64,000 nt of DNA, from positions 1-64,000 of IMG/VR virus record IMGVR_UViG_2859725622_000004; one strand, 5' to 3'. How positions within the stretch are numbered: position 1 is the first letter of the stretch; every line of letters begins with the position of its first letter. Source of the stretch: a virus (taxonomy: Duplodnaviria; Caudoviricetes). Made by a program: the position numbers and the translations under genes. Positions 28,808 to 38,261 of this stretch are shown piece by piece. The notes below the pieces were generated by a model. The model was not told the DNA's origin. It made no database searches and saw only the letters and a program-made list of their open reading frames with translations.

Positions 28808-29800
28808 CTATACGCACTCATGCACGCCTATCAAATTCAGATATACCGCATCATTATCTGATCCTGAAAAACTCTGATGTCGCTCACTTTGCAAATACCA
28901 TTTCAATACATCCAGTGCCTCTCGTTGATGGCGAGGGCGGATGATTTCAAGCTTCTTATCAAGGTAGGTTTCACGATCAGATATAGGCCCTTCACAATCA
29001 TAACCATATCCACCAGGGTCCATTTCTTTGCAAGCAGCATTACGCACCGTATATAACCATTGCCAATACTGAAATTCTCTTACAACATCAGACAGTGTAT
29101 GAGGCTCTGGTAAAACCCCAGCGAAACCCTTTGACGCTTGCGCTCGCAGGTCCCATACATCAGTAACTCGCTTACCCTCAATACATCCCTTCTTTTTTTC
29201 CTCAGGTGTCCAGCCAAAATCATTATCATAAATATCACCACAGACCATCTCCATGAGTTGTTCGGCTCTAGTAGGCTCCAGTGCTGCCTCATAGCTGCCA
29301 AATGTTCCCCTGACCTCTGCTGCGCGGGAATATTGTGTTCTAGCTCGGTCTATATAATGCTGTGGGTCGCCCATCATTAGTGTGGAAAAGCCAGCAGTCC
29401 ACCCAGCGCCATTCGCTTCTAAATAACGAGTGTAATTATCTCGAGCATCTTTAGGGGATATAGTCAGCTTGTGCAAGGCTTCCTCAGCCGCTGCAATATG
29501 TCCCGGTTCGCCGGTATTGATAACTTCCAACACCCACAAATAGGCGTCGGTCTGCTTATCTCCCGTAATACGCCGCTGTACGGGTAACGGCTTTGGCACT
29601 ATAAGTGCAGTGCTGTATTGCTTCTCTGGTATCTCAAACATCGCTGTATGCTCGGGATTATCAGCAAATAACCCCGACCGCTTACAGGCGCTTTTGACCG
29701 TGCTCAAATTCAAATTAGTCATATCGGCTATCCGTTTATAACCGATGCCTGATTGTTTAAGCCGAAATACCTCAGCACGTAATTCTTTTGTCATTCTCAT
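28808..29800 (-). CDS. Satellite-associated protein with N-terminal HTH, function unknown
   Basis: GIGYKRIADMTNLNLSTVKS HTH; follows primase. Confidence 0.7.
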   Translation of the reverse strand: MRMTKELRAEVFRLKQSGIGYKRIADMTNLNLSTVKSACKRSGLFADNPEHTAMFEIPEKQYSTALIVPKPLPVQRRITGDKQTDAYLWVLEVINTGEPGHIAAAEEALHKLTISPKDARDNYTRYLEANGAGWTAGFSTLMMGDPQHYIDRARTQYSRAAEVRGTFGSYEAALEPTRAEQLMEMVCGDIYDNDFGWTPEEKKKGCIEGKRVTDVWDLRAQASKGFAGVLPEPHTLSDVVREFQYWQWLYTVRNAACKEMDPGGYGYDCEGPISDRETYLDKKLEIIRPRHQREALDVLKWYLQSERHQSFSGSDNDAVYLNLIGVHECV

Positions 29801-29908
29801 GATATGCATACCCTGTATTCTTTTACTCTCTGTCAGGGCATTGGTGTAATACCCCACCAGAGAGAATGATTTATCCGATTCAGGTCAGTTCAAATGGAGG
29901 CGATCCGC

Positions 29909-32584
29909 TTATTCCTCCAAATCATCAGGCATCATGAGCACCACAAAACGGGGTTGCTTACCGTCAATTCTGAGCGTTTTCTTGGTGATCCCCTTGCTCG
30001 GTTTATCCAACATACCGGCATCTGCCAGAACCTGAGCAAAAGCCACTGCATTAGCACCTACGGCTATCTCGTCGCGAAACACCGACGGGAAGGTATGGAA
30101 TACCAATGTGTCGAGTCCCTGCTTTTTCTCCCGATACCCCGCTAAATCCTTTATTGGTAAATCTCGTGGATCCGTTTCAGGGTGTGGTAAATAACGGCTA
30201 TAACCGAAGCGTTGCAAGAAAGACTCAGCCTGTTCCGCCCATGCTTTTGACTCTCGGTTCCCCATACCAAAATCATTAACCCATGCATTAAAGCCATGCT
30301 GTAAAGCATCACGACACTCTTGTTCATTCCAACTGGTAAGGTGTTTGGAAAGTAGCAAAGCGGCTTCCAGTATGGCGAACCTCGATGCAACACGGCGTAC
30401 CTGCTCACTGGCTTCATCGGGTAATAATGCTATCCACCGACGTTCCGCATCCCTGACAGCTTGCGCTGCCGCCTCTTTCTGACTGGCTAGACATTTTATC
30501 CATGCCCGCCCTACCGCACCGTAGTGGTCTTTACAGGCATCTCGCATAGCATCTGCATGCGCTTTACCGTCCTTATAGCCATGGTATTCAGTTGCTTTGG
30601 TAATAGGGACATTTAATAACCGCACCAGTTGGCCAGCGTTTACTTTGCCACCATCAGCTCTGATATAACTTTCGAGATCGATCTCACCGGTACTGAATGC
30701 CATTGCGCGCCAGCGTTTCACATCCCGATTACCGCCCTCCTTGGCCCCCTGAATTTTGCCGACGCCGTTAAACAAAGCATAAGCAGCATCAGCAACTGCG
30801 CGTTTATTGCTGCCTTGCCCTATCTCATCCAGTGGCATAAAACCGTCATTGTGCGCCGCAGCTTCATTTACCAATCCCAACGCTGTTGAGTACCACGTCA
30901 GCTTCAGCGCTTCGGGTTCGCCATAAACAGTGGTAGCTGCATTACCCGTCGTGGTTTTACCCGCGGAGGAGCCACCGAATAAATGAACACCAAAACCATC
31001 TGCACCAGCCAGACCAATCAGCGGAGCAGCAAAGGCGCAGGCAATACCCAACATCATGGAGGGATTACCTCGAGCAAGTTTGGCCACATTGTTGCGCCAG
31101 CTTTCTGGAGTCCCCTTGGTGGTGTAGCCTTTTGCCGCCGATGAGCGACCATTAAAGAGTACCGGGGTTGCAGGTGCGCCAATCACCGAACCATCCGGCA
31201 TGATGTATGCCCCACACTGCCAGCCAGTAGCATTGGCAACTGTCCAAAGCTGCCGCTCTCCACTGCGTTGCAGGTAGTCAGCCAGTATTGCCCGTAATCC
31301 ACTTTTGGCTGTGATAGATAAACCACCAGCCCGCAGCCGCGACCAACCTTCCCGTTCGCCAATGTCACGCATAGGTAAAGCTTCTGAACGTTTGGTATTG
31401 TTACCCTCCGGCGTCCAGGAGAGGATCAGATACCGCTCGTTATCGTCTTCACCTATCCCCGCAACTGATATCGGGTCACTCAGCCAGCTTTCTCTTTCCG
31501 TAATATTGCCGTTACTTTTATCCAGTTTGGGTTCAACCCAATACATGCCCCCTTTACGCTCATCAACATATGGACGCCTGACATCCTGAGGCTCCGCTAC
31601 CGGAGGCTCCTCTTCTGCCAAAATATGTGGTTGATATAGAGAATCAGCAAACGCGGTAATACTCGCATCCAGTCCATACTGCTGACGATAATCATCCCAG
31701 TCGGCTTTATGGTCTGTCGGTGGTAAGGCAACCCAGCCATTCACCGCGGTAGCCGCTTTCTCAGCAGATTCTTTCCCGACATTCTTTTCACCGGGTTTAA
31801 GATCGTTATCAGCAGCAATGATAATTTTCGCATCAGGCCAACGTTCCCGGCTGGCTTTCGCTATATGGATCAGGTTCCCTTCATCAATAGCGGCCAGCAC
31901 AACCCCATCACTCAGTAACGAAACTGTAACGCCGGTTGCGTTACCCTCCGCAATTAACACCGTTACAACCAGCTCATCATTCAGTGCAGTTGGAAGTCTC
32001 ACTGGAATGAATGAACCTTTCTTGATGGTGCCGGATATCAGTCGTTTGGTGCCATCAGGCTTAATCACCTGCGCACCCTTTACTACGCCCTCCATTGTTT
32101 GCAGTACCAGCAGCAAAGAACCGTCACTCAATAAGGCTTGAGGGGGGCTTGGAAGCCCCTTATTAAGTAGGTACTGAGATTCGCCAGGTACCGTTTTCGC
32201 CACCAGCTCCGCAACCTTATCCGCTATCGGGATACTGGGTTGTACCGGCTGTTTTACAGATTTAGCAGGTACCGTCGCAGACACTCGCGAGTCGGGATCC
32301 ATTCCCAGTGCATCTGCTACCATGACCGCCGCCTCAGTGGAGGTGCATTGCTTAACTTTCTGTACCAGCTCAAGCCCATCACCGGCACCACACTGATTAC
32401 AGAAATGGGTCCCACGTCCATCCTGATCATCAAATCGGAATCTGTCTTTGCCACCACATGCCGGACAAGCAGAATGGTCGCGAGGTCGTTCCGGTACATC
32501 AATACCGAGGTAACCAAGAATATCGCGCCAACGGTTGGTAGCCTGAGCCGTAACTTCACGGATCATGTCGATGGATGGCTTCAT
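29909..32584 (-). CDS. Primase-helicase: zinc finger, Toprim, DUF927/SF3-like helicase
   Basis: CPACGGKDRF, AEGNATG, IAADND, GGSSAGKTT Walker A, LDEIG. Confidence 0.95.
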   Translation of the reverse strand: MKPSIDMIREVTAQATNRWRDILGYLGIDVPERPRDHSACPACGGKDRFRFDDQDGRGTHFCNQCGAGDGLELVQKVKQCTSTEAAVMVADALGMDPDSRVSATVPAKSVKQPVQPSIPIADKVAELVAKTVPGESQYLLNKGLPSPPQALLSDGSLLLVLQTMEGVVKGAQVIKPDGTKRLISGTIKKGSFIPVRLPTALNDELVVTVLIAEGNATGVTVSLLSDGVVLAAIDEGNLIHIAKASRERWPDAKIIIAADNDLKPGEKNVGKESAEKAATAVNGWVALPPTDHKADWDDYRQQYGLDASITAFADSLYQPHILAEEEPPVAEPQDVRRPYVDERKGGMYWVEPKLDKSNGNITERESWLSDPISVAGIGEDDNERYLILSWTPEGNNTKRSEALPMRDIGEREGWSRLRAGGLSITAKSGLRAILADYLQRSGERQLWTVANATGWQCGAYIMPDGSVIGAPATPVLFNGRSSAAKGYTTKGTPESWRNNVAKLARGNPSMMLGIACAFAAPLIGLAGADGFGVHLFGGSSAGKTTTGNAATTVYGEPEALKLTWYSTALGLVNEAAAHNDGFMPLDEIGQGSNKRAVADAAYALFNGVGKIQGAKEGGNRDVKRWRAMAFSTGEIDLESYIRADGGKVNAGQLVRLLNVPITKATEYHGYKDGKAHADAMRDACKDHYGAVGRAWIKCLASQKEAAAQAVRDAERRWIALLPDEASEQVRRVASRFAILEAALLLSKHLTSWNEQECRDALQHGFNAWVNDFGMGNRESKAWAEQAESFLQRFGYSRYLPHPETDPRDLPIKDLAGYREKKQGLDTLVFHTFPSVFRDEIAVGANAVAFAQVLADAGMLDKPSKGITKKTLRIDGKQPRFVVLMMPDDLEE

Positions 32585-32997
32585 GCTGCACCGTCCTGAC
32601 TGAATACCAGCCCATGCCGGTTATCGTGAGGATTAGCCAAAGTCTCTACGACTGTAGCCTTCATGACTTCCGTCATTGTCTCGACGCCGTGCGGTGTCAA
32701 TTTACTGTTATCCTTACTCAGCATCTGAGTGTAGGTTTCCACAAGGATCCGCGAGCCGTCATCACGCCCGAATTCCTGAAAACAAAGCACTTCCAAAGAA
32801 TGAATAAGGCAATTACAAATTGCTGCCTCAGTTAAATTTTCCAGAACAACAACCTTTCTAGAATTAATAATGACATTGGCAATGGATTCGCCTCTATTTC
32901 GTTTCTGACAATAAGCGATAAATGCCACTGCAATATGTTTACGATTTAATTCGATTGAATGATTCAGGTTCGTCATAAATATATCCTTTCCTTTCAT
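32581..32997 (-). CDS. Hypothetical protein
   Basis: ORF in operon; overlaps primase start. Confidence 0.55.
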   Translation of the reverse strand: MKGKDIFMTNLNHSIELNRKHIAVAFIAYCQKRNRGESIANVIINSRKVVVLENLTEAAICNCLIHSLEVLCFQEFGRDDGSRILVETYTQMLSKDNSKLTPHGVETMTEVMKATVVETLANPHDNRHGLVFSQDGAA

Positions 32998-33089
32998 CAG
33001 GCCGAGCGAGTCCCCAGCCTGATGGCTGTTATTTTTGAGATGTTGGAATGCTAACTAATTAAATACAGAGCATTTAGCTATTGGCTTTA

Positions 33090-33293
33090 TCAAGGCGCTC
33101 CATTTTGTCCAGCCTCCCGCTCAAGCAAATGAACCGCAACTGGCCCGGCGAGATCCAGTGCTAGACCTAGTAATTCCTTTTCGTCAGTAGTATCTAATTC
33201 AACATTGGATTCAAACATCAACAGCAAGAGAGCATTTAATTGACCAGCCTTATGCGTGGCAATATCCAGAGGTACTGATTCATTGGCTTTCAT
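33090..33293 (-). CDS. Hypothetical satellite protein
   Basis: Compact operon ORF. Confidence 0.6.
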   Translation of the reverse strand: MKANESVPLDIATHKAGQLNALLLLMFESNVELDTTDEKELLGLALDLAGPVAVHLLEREAGQNGAP

Positions 33294-33295
33294 GG

Positions 33296-33466
33296 TTATG
33301 CTCTCCCGATAAAGGTAAATTCAGCGACGAACCGTGCCAGTGGCATAATGCAGGGCGATGAATATCCGTCACGGCTAAAAGTAACGCGATTAAAGGCAAC
33401 ATTATCGACAGTGACCAATGAGCCATGACTGTCTTTGTAACGATCATTTGGCAGCGGTTCGCGCAT
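33296..33466 (-). CDS. DUF4222-like protein, 56 aa
   Basis: MREPLPNDRYKDSHGSLVTV...RVTFSRDGY..PC..P...F..EF, translated by hand. Confidence 0.7.
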   Translation of the reverse strand: MREPLPNDRYKDSHGSLVTVDNVAFNRVTFSRDGYSSPCIMPLARFVAEFTFIGRA

Positions 33467-33641
33467 AATTCACCCCCTCGATATTTTTCGCCGCTTTTTC
33501 AGCGCGATCCATAGCAATCCAAAGAAGTTCGTAACCCGTGTCGTTACCATCCTCACTAGCAATCAGCATTGAACTGACTTTTAAAATTGAAGCAATTTGA
33601 CTGAGAAGATCGGAAACTTCGCAGGGCGCTAATTTATCCAT
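33444..33641 (-). CDS. Hypothetical satellite protein
   Basis: Overlapping operon ORF. Confidence 0.55.
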   Translation of the reverse strand: MDKLAPCEVSDLLSQIASILKVSSMLIASEDGNDTGYELLWIAMDRAEKAAKNIEGVNYARTAAK

Positions 33642-34428
33642 GAGTCACCCCCATAACATCGGACAGATTGATGCTATGTACTGCCAGCCATGCTTCGCGA
33701 GGCCATGATTTTACAGAGCCATACTGTGGATCCGGCACAATCTCAGGTTTAAAGTCATTCTCAAGACACCATTTCCGCAACGGATGCCACGCAAACTTCT
33801 GATGAGTCACATTTTCTACAGCTTTCACCGTGGCATGCTTTGTACTTTCCCCCAACCGTTCTTCCAGTACACGACATTTGCGAGTAGCTGCACTTAGTTT
33901 GCCGAGGGCGCTGGCTTCACGTTTACGGCTAATCTGACCTTTGGTACGAATAGCTTTATCAGCACGCTGCTTTTCAGCTAAGCGGCCTTGCTCGGAGTCG
34001 ATAGCCAGTTGAAGGATTTCCAAGCGACTGAGGTCGGGAATAGTTGCAGGTGCTGGCAATGCATCCCGTCGGGAAAAGTAAAACTCAGTGAGGTCATTGA
34101 AGTAGTCCCACGCCTGATCCGTTTCTAACATCTTCGCGTGATTGGCCGCACCGCGCTCAGTCCAGAGCATAAGTGAGCGAGTTTTTGGCGAGATTTGCAG
34201 TTCGCTTAAAACTAGTCGCAAATTGTTGAGTTCAGTACCAACCACTTTGAAGAAGTGCTTACCCTCAACAAAGCGGGATTTATTTTCATGGTGGTTTTGC
34301 TGAATACGGATCACCGTTGTGCCATACCCAGCCGCCAGCTGCTCAGTAGTTGCCACACGCTGACGGCGATACTCAATAACCTGCAAATCTTTGGCCGCTA
34401 CCAGAGCCAACTCAGTTTTTTTAGACAT
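33634..34428 (-). CDS. ORF6N-domain antirepressor-like protein
   Basis: IEYRRQRVATTEQLAAGYG...RFVEGKHFF...LWTERGAANHAKMLETDQAW. Confidence 0.85.
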   Translation of the reverse strand: MSKKTELALVAAKDLQVIEYRRQRVATTEQLAAGYGTTVIRIQQNHHENKSRFVEGKHFFKVVGTELNNLRLVLSELQISPKTRSLMLWTERGAANHAKMLETDQAWDYFNDLTEFYFSRRDALPAPATIPDLSRLEILQLAIDSEQGRLAEKQRADKAIRTKGQISRKREASALGKLSAATRKCRVLEERLGESTKHATVKAVENVTHQKFAWHPLRKWCLENDFKPEIVPDPQYGSVKSWPREAWLAVHSINLSDVMGVTHG

Positions 34429-34879
34429 TGCACACCCCCTGCTCATTTTTCGCGTCATGCTCTTCAAACCGTACGATGTTATGTACCGCCTCAGCCCACC
34501 AATACACCTGCAATCGTTGCTGCTCGTTCTCAATCAGAGGAATAACAACCGTCAACAAATGAAGCAGACCTTCTTTAACGCGAAGTAACCGAGTGCGAGA
34601 TATATTCTCGCTGGTATCAGGGATTGGCTTACCACGGCTGCCCATCAGTTCAGCAATCAGGGCTTGAGTTTCTTTGTATGAAGGTGGGTAGATATCATCC
34701 TCATCAAGGAGCTGCATGATGCTGGTGATCTGAACGTTGCTTAACCGGCGCTCTGTAGCCCCCAAGAGAACAGTGACAGATGCTTTATCAAGGCTTTCAG
34801 CTTCACCACACCATGACAGTTTGAGAGCACCACCAGCAGCGTCTAATGCGCTAAATTCAACACGGTATTTTTTAAGCAT
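34421..34879 (-). CDS. Hypothetical protein
   Basis: ATG overlapping the icd-like stop. Confidence 0.55.
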   Translation of the reverse strand: MLKKYRVEFSALDAAGGALKLSWCGEAESLDKASVTVLLGATERRLSNVQITSIMQLLDEDDIYPPSYKETQALIAELMGSRGKPIPDTSENISRTRLLRVKEGLLHLLTVVIPLIENEQQRLQVYWWAEAVHNIVRFEEHDAKNEQGVCNV

Positions 34880-35066
34880 TGCATACCCCCTGTGCAGGAA
34901 TACGACCAGCAAAGGAAAGTACGAACTGACCAGCCAGAAAGCGGCGGGCATCTTGTTCAGAATGGGCAGTGACTGATTCACGGTGTGGCTTAGCGTTCAA
35001 GTCAGAACGGCACACGGCGAGAAAGAGATACTGAAATTTAGGGCGAGTTTGGGTATGATTTAACAT
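34872..35066 (-). CDS. Host cell division inhibitor Icd-like protein
   Basis: FQYLFLAVCRSD...PHRESVTAHSEQDARR..AGQFVLSFAGRIP; GAGG RBS. Confidence 0.85.
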   Translation of the reverse strand: MLNHTQTRPKFQYLFLAVCRSDLNAKPHRESVTAHSEQDARRFLAGQFVLSFAGRIPAQGVCNA

Positions 35067-35165
35067 AGCTACCTCGATACTCAATCTATCGTTGGTGGTA
35101 AGAGGCCCGGTTAGTGTTAGCGCACTGCTGGGCTTCGTTATTTTGTGTACTGCCTGTGCCTTATC

Positions 35166-35253
35166 TGTGGATAAGGTGTGATTTAAATTACAATCAAATG
35201 AATCACACATCAAGTGTTTTGTGTGATTTGATTTCATGTATACTGAATCACAC
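35166..35253. promoter_or_regulatory. Divergent promoter region with DnaA box and two GTGTGATT-N17-AATCACAC operators
   Basis: TTATCCACA (minus) 35166-35174; inverted repeats at 35176-35208 and 35221-35253. Confidence 0.7.
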
Positions 35254-35274
35254 GTTTTATTCAAGGTGCTGAAC

Positions 35275-35607
35275 ATGGCAACAAATACGGTTAACGACAA
35301 ATCAAAACAAATATCCATTCGCATTCCACACGATGTAATGGACGGAATGGAAGCGGTAAAAATGGATGGTGAAAGTAATGCCGGTTTTATCGTTTCCGCT
35401 ATGCAGGGTGAGATAGCCCGCCGCCAACTCAAAGAGAGCGACGAAAATAAGTTGCTGTCCAACCTCAATGGCGCACTAGAAGCACTAGCTCGTATCGAAG
35501 AGATCGGTACGAAGGCAGGGGAAAATATCAAGGCCATCGTTGACGTAGCGCAGAGTGAGATCAAACGCCGCCAGCGCAAAAAGGCCAAGGCCGAACCATC
35601 TGAGTAA
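35275..35607 (+). CDS. YlcI/YnfO family ribbon-helix-helix regulator
   Basis: KSKQISIRIPHDVM...GESNAGFIVSAMQGEIARRQ. Confidence 0.8.
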   Translation: MATNTVNDKSKQISIRIPHDVMDGMEAVKMDGESNAGFIVSAMQGEIARRQLKESDENKLLSNLNGALEALARIEEIGTKAGENIKAIVDVAQSEIKRRQRKKAKAEPSE

Positions 35608-35944
35608 CCCAGAAGGGTAGCATTCACAGTGCTACCCTTTTCTTTGCCTGAACCCGAATACTGTTCGTGTTTGGTTAAACTCGGTGAGTTGCCGTTTTTG
35701 AGCAGTGTTTGCTGAGCCAAATATTTGGCTGAGCGGTAATCTCCATTATATTCTGGAGATTGGTATAGATTGCTTGCTCCAGGTACTACGGAAGTTTCGT
35801 AGTTTAAATTTTGAGCGTCAGTATTACTGACTTTCAACTGCTCCGAAATTAACGGGTTAGTCTCCGACTCGCTCAAAGATAGTCGGTTCAGGGTGCCAGC
35901 CAAGGGAAATGCCTTTTTCTGGCTGGCTACTGGAGTTGTAAGCA

Positions 35945-36457
35945 TCATGCCACCACCTCCACACGCAGACCTTTAGCCGTGTAGCCCTGAACCTGCTTAC
36001 CATTCACACGAACCCTCTTTTTAGTCAGTAAGCGGATGTGGTCACCGTATACATGAAGTAATTTTCCATCTAAAGCGACCTCGTTATAACCATATCGAGG
36101 CTTATGTGACACCTGCACAAATAGGCCACAAGCCTTGCTATTAGCGGGAACTGGTGCGACAACCCCCTTATCTTTGCCGGTTACTCGATACAACCAGAAT
36201 CGTCCGTCTTTCCCTGTCAGCTTCCGAGTACGAACCGGCACATAGCCAGCTTTGTGCATGGCTACACTGAACGCTGAATCATCGGGATAATACTGGCGAC
36301 GAATATTGGCAGGGACAGAAATAGCGAAACTTTGCTTAGTCCAATACTCTGTCCATTGATCTACAAACTCGATAGGCAAACCATTAACGTTAATACCGCT
36401 GAGTACGATTTTAGGCTGAGTTTGGGTACTGCCAATTAAGGCATTTAATTTTTTCAT
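35945..36457 (-). CDS. Hypothetical protein
   Basis: ORF downstream of alpA. Confidence 0.6.
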   Translation of the reverse strand: MKKLNALIGSTQTQPKIVLSGINVNGLPIEFVDQWTEYWTKQSFAISVPANIRRQYYPDDSAFSVAMHKAGYVPVRTRKLTGKDGRFWLYRVTGKDKGVVAPVPANSKACGLFVQVSHKPRYGYNEVALDGKLLHVYGDHIRLLTKKRVRVNGKQVQGYTAKGLRVEVVA

Positions 36458-36565
36458 GTTTAATTACTCTTCGTTAAATCGTTTGGTGTCTGTAGCGACG
36501 GAAATCAAATATTGGATTAAACCAAATGCAAGTACACGCAAGTAATGCACACCCTATATGCTTAA

Positions 36566-36772
36566 TTAGGCGACCTCCTTGCGGGATTCAGCAATGCGTT
36601 GGTTGATCCATTCGTCAATTTCGCTTTCAACGAAGGCAATAGCACGTATGCCGATTTTTACGGAAGTGGGGAATTTCCCATGGGAAATAAGGCGGTATAT
36701 CCAAGCTTTGCTGTAACCGGTACGGCGCTGGACCTCTCCAAGGCGGATCAGTGAGTGTGTACTTTGTGGCAT
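36566..36772 (-). CDS. alpA: AlpA family regulator/excisionase
   Basis: LIRLGEVQRRTGYSKAWIYRLI..GKFP..VKIG.RAIAFVESEIDEWI. Confidence 0.95.
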   Translation of the reverse strand: MPQSTHSLIRLGEVQRRTGYSKAWIYRLISHGKFPTSVKIGIRAIAFVESEIDEWINQRIAESRKEVA

Positions 36773-36881
36773 ATAGCCCCCTGTATTAGTCTATTGAGGA
36801 TGACAGGGGGATTCTCCGTTCAATTCTTGTTACTCGATAGATATGTACACAAAAAACATTCCTCTATGTTTTATGTCGCTA

Positions 36882-37850
36882 TCAGTTTTCAGCGAGTTTC
36901 AGTATATCTGAAAATCTCATATTTTTGAGATACTCATTTTTCTTAACGAAAAAAATCATCTCCCGAAGGAGATCATTGCTAACTATCTTTTCAATAAAAG
37001 GTTTTACAGTATCTTTAATTTGAGAACTACTTATTACATCATAATCATATTCAGACAAGGGGAATAATATCCTTGCATACATCTCGTTACTGATCTTCTT
37101 TTTACAGGCCTTTTCCCAAATCATTAAATCAATAAATGGAATTACTTTGTAAGTTATTATTTTCTTTAAGGTAGAAAGTCCAACTCTATTTACGGCCCTA
37201 TCTGGTTCATCAATACCAGACTCAACCCTCCAATTTTTTATCATTTCCTTGAATTCAGTAATCAATTCTTCATCAGAGAATTCTTCAAGGTTAAGTTTAA
37301 TAACCACCTCTCCACTAAAACTCTCCCCTAAATAATCAACATTGGTAATTTCCCTACCAACATGTGTACCCTGAACCTCCACAAAACCGTTTTGGTTATC
37401 AACTATATAACCGTGTCGTCTTAGAGCGTTATAGTATGAAATTAAGTCACCAACCATAAATGGAGCGCATGCCAATCCAGAAGTAAATGGTTCATCCTTG
37501 GACACATTATGATAATCGCGAGAGACAATGGGCCATCCATTAAACTGCAATGTGATATCTTTGATATTTTCTTCAGTATCATTCTCACTCTCTGAACAAC
37601 CTTCTCCAAGGTTATGTAAGTAGGCTGATAGTGAATTAATATGGCCTTTTTTCAAACCATCGATAAAACTTAATCTTGATTCATTCATTTCTTTAGCACG
37701 CATTAACGTGTCACTGTCATCACCTTCAAAGAGCAAGAAAATCCTGAACTCAATATCTTTCAAAATTTCATCTATTGTGAATTCCAATAACTCTTCATAT
37801 CTTGATACATTAAACCAAGAAAGGATTTCCTGTGCCTTCACTCTAACCAT
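36882..37850 (-). CDS. DUF6387-like protein
   Basis: WFNVSRYE N-terminus and LNLEEFSDEELITEFK...YKVIPFIDLMIWEK...ILFP C-terminus; between int and alpA. Confidence 0.65.
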   Translation of the reverse strand: MVRVKAQEILSWFNVSRYEELLEFTIDEILKDIEFRIFLLFEGDDSDTLMRAKEMNESRLSFIDGLKKGHINSLSAYLHNLGEGCSESENDTEENIKDITLQFNGWPIVSRDYHNVSKDEPFTSGLACAPFMVGDLISYYNALRRHGYIVDNQNGFVEVQGTHVGREITNVDYLGESFSGEVVIKLNLEEFSDEELITEFKEMIKNWRVESGIDEPDRAVNRVGLSTLKKIITYKVIPFIDLMIWEKACKKKISNEMYARILFPLSEYDYDVISSSQIKDTVKPFIEKIVSNDLLREMIFFVKKNEYLKNMRFSDILKLAEN

Positions 37851-38116
37851 AATGCTACCTCCCGCCCTCTTTAAATTAGGGACCATACCCGCCAGTAAAA
37901 ATACTGGTTTTCGGAAACCGCCTAGACATAGCCTTATTCTCTTGAGGTCTACTATAAATCACCACTGTATACTCGTCCAGCATCCACCCTCCCCATGCGC
38001 AGCATCACTTCACATTTTCACATCAAACTGTAGTGAAAAATTTCGGCTTATCGATTACAGATTTAGGGTGATTTAGCTGAGAAAAAGCCAGGTTTTCGGG
38101 AGATAACGCGATTAGG

Positions 38117-38225
38117 GTCGGTTCAAATGGCCTAAAGTCGGTTCAGGGTCGGTTCAAAAAATGAATTAATTAACCTATAAATCAACAAACTAAAATATTG
38201 AACCGACTGAACCTACTGAACCGAC
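38117..38225. repeat. Putative replication origin: 3 + 3 inverted 9-bp iterons around an AT-rich core
   Basis: GTCGGTTCA at 38117, 38137, 38148; TGAACCGAC at 38199, 38217 and variant at 38208. Confidence 0.7.
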
Positions 38226-38261
38226 CCTTTTTTATTCCTCACGGAAGAATTTTATCCAAAA

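Noticed and set aside
35176-35253. CRP sites (TGTGA half-sites)
   Set aside because: Half-site spacing is much longer than the 6-bp spacer CRP requires
34872-35948. 358-aa ORF from the track as one protein
   Set aside because: It overlaps the RHH gene antisense and the operator region; only the last 64 codons have an RBS and match the Icd-like family
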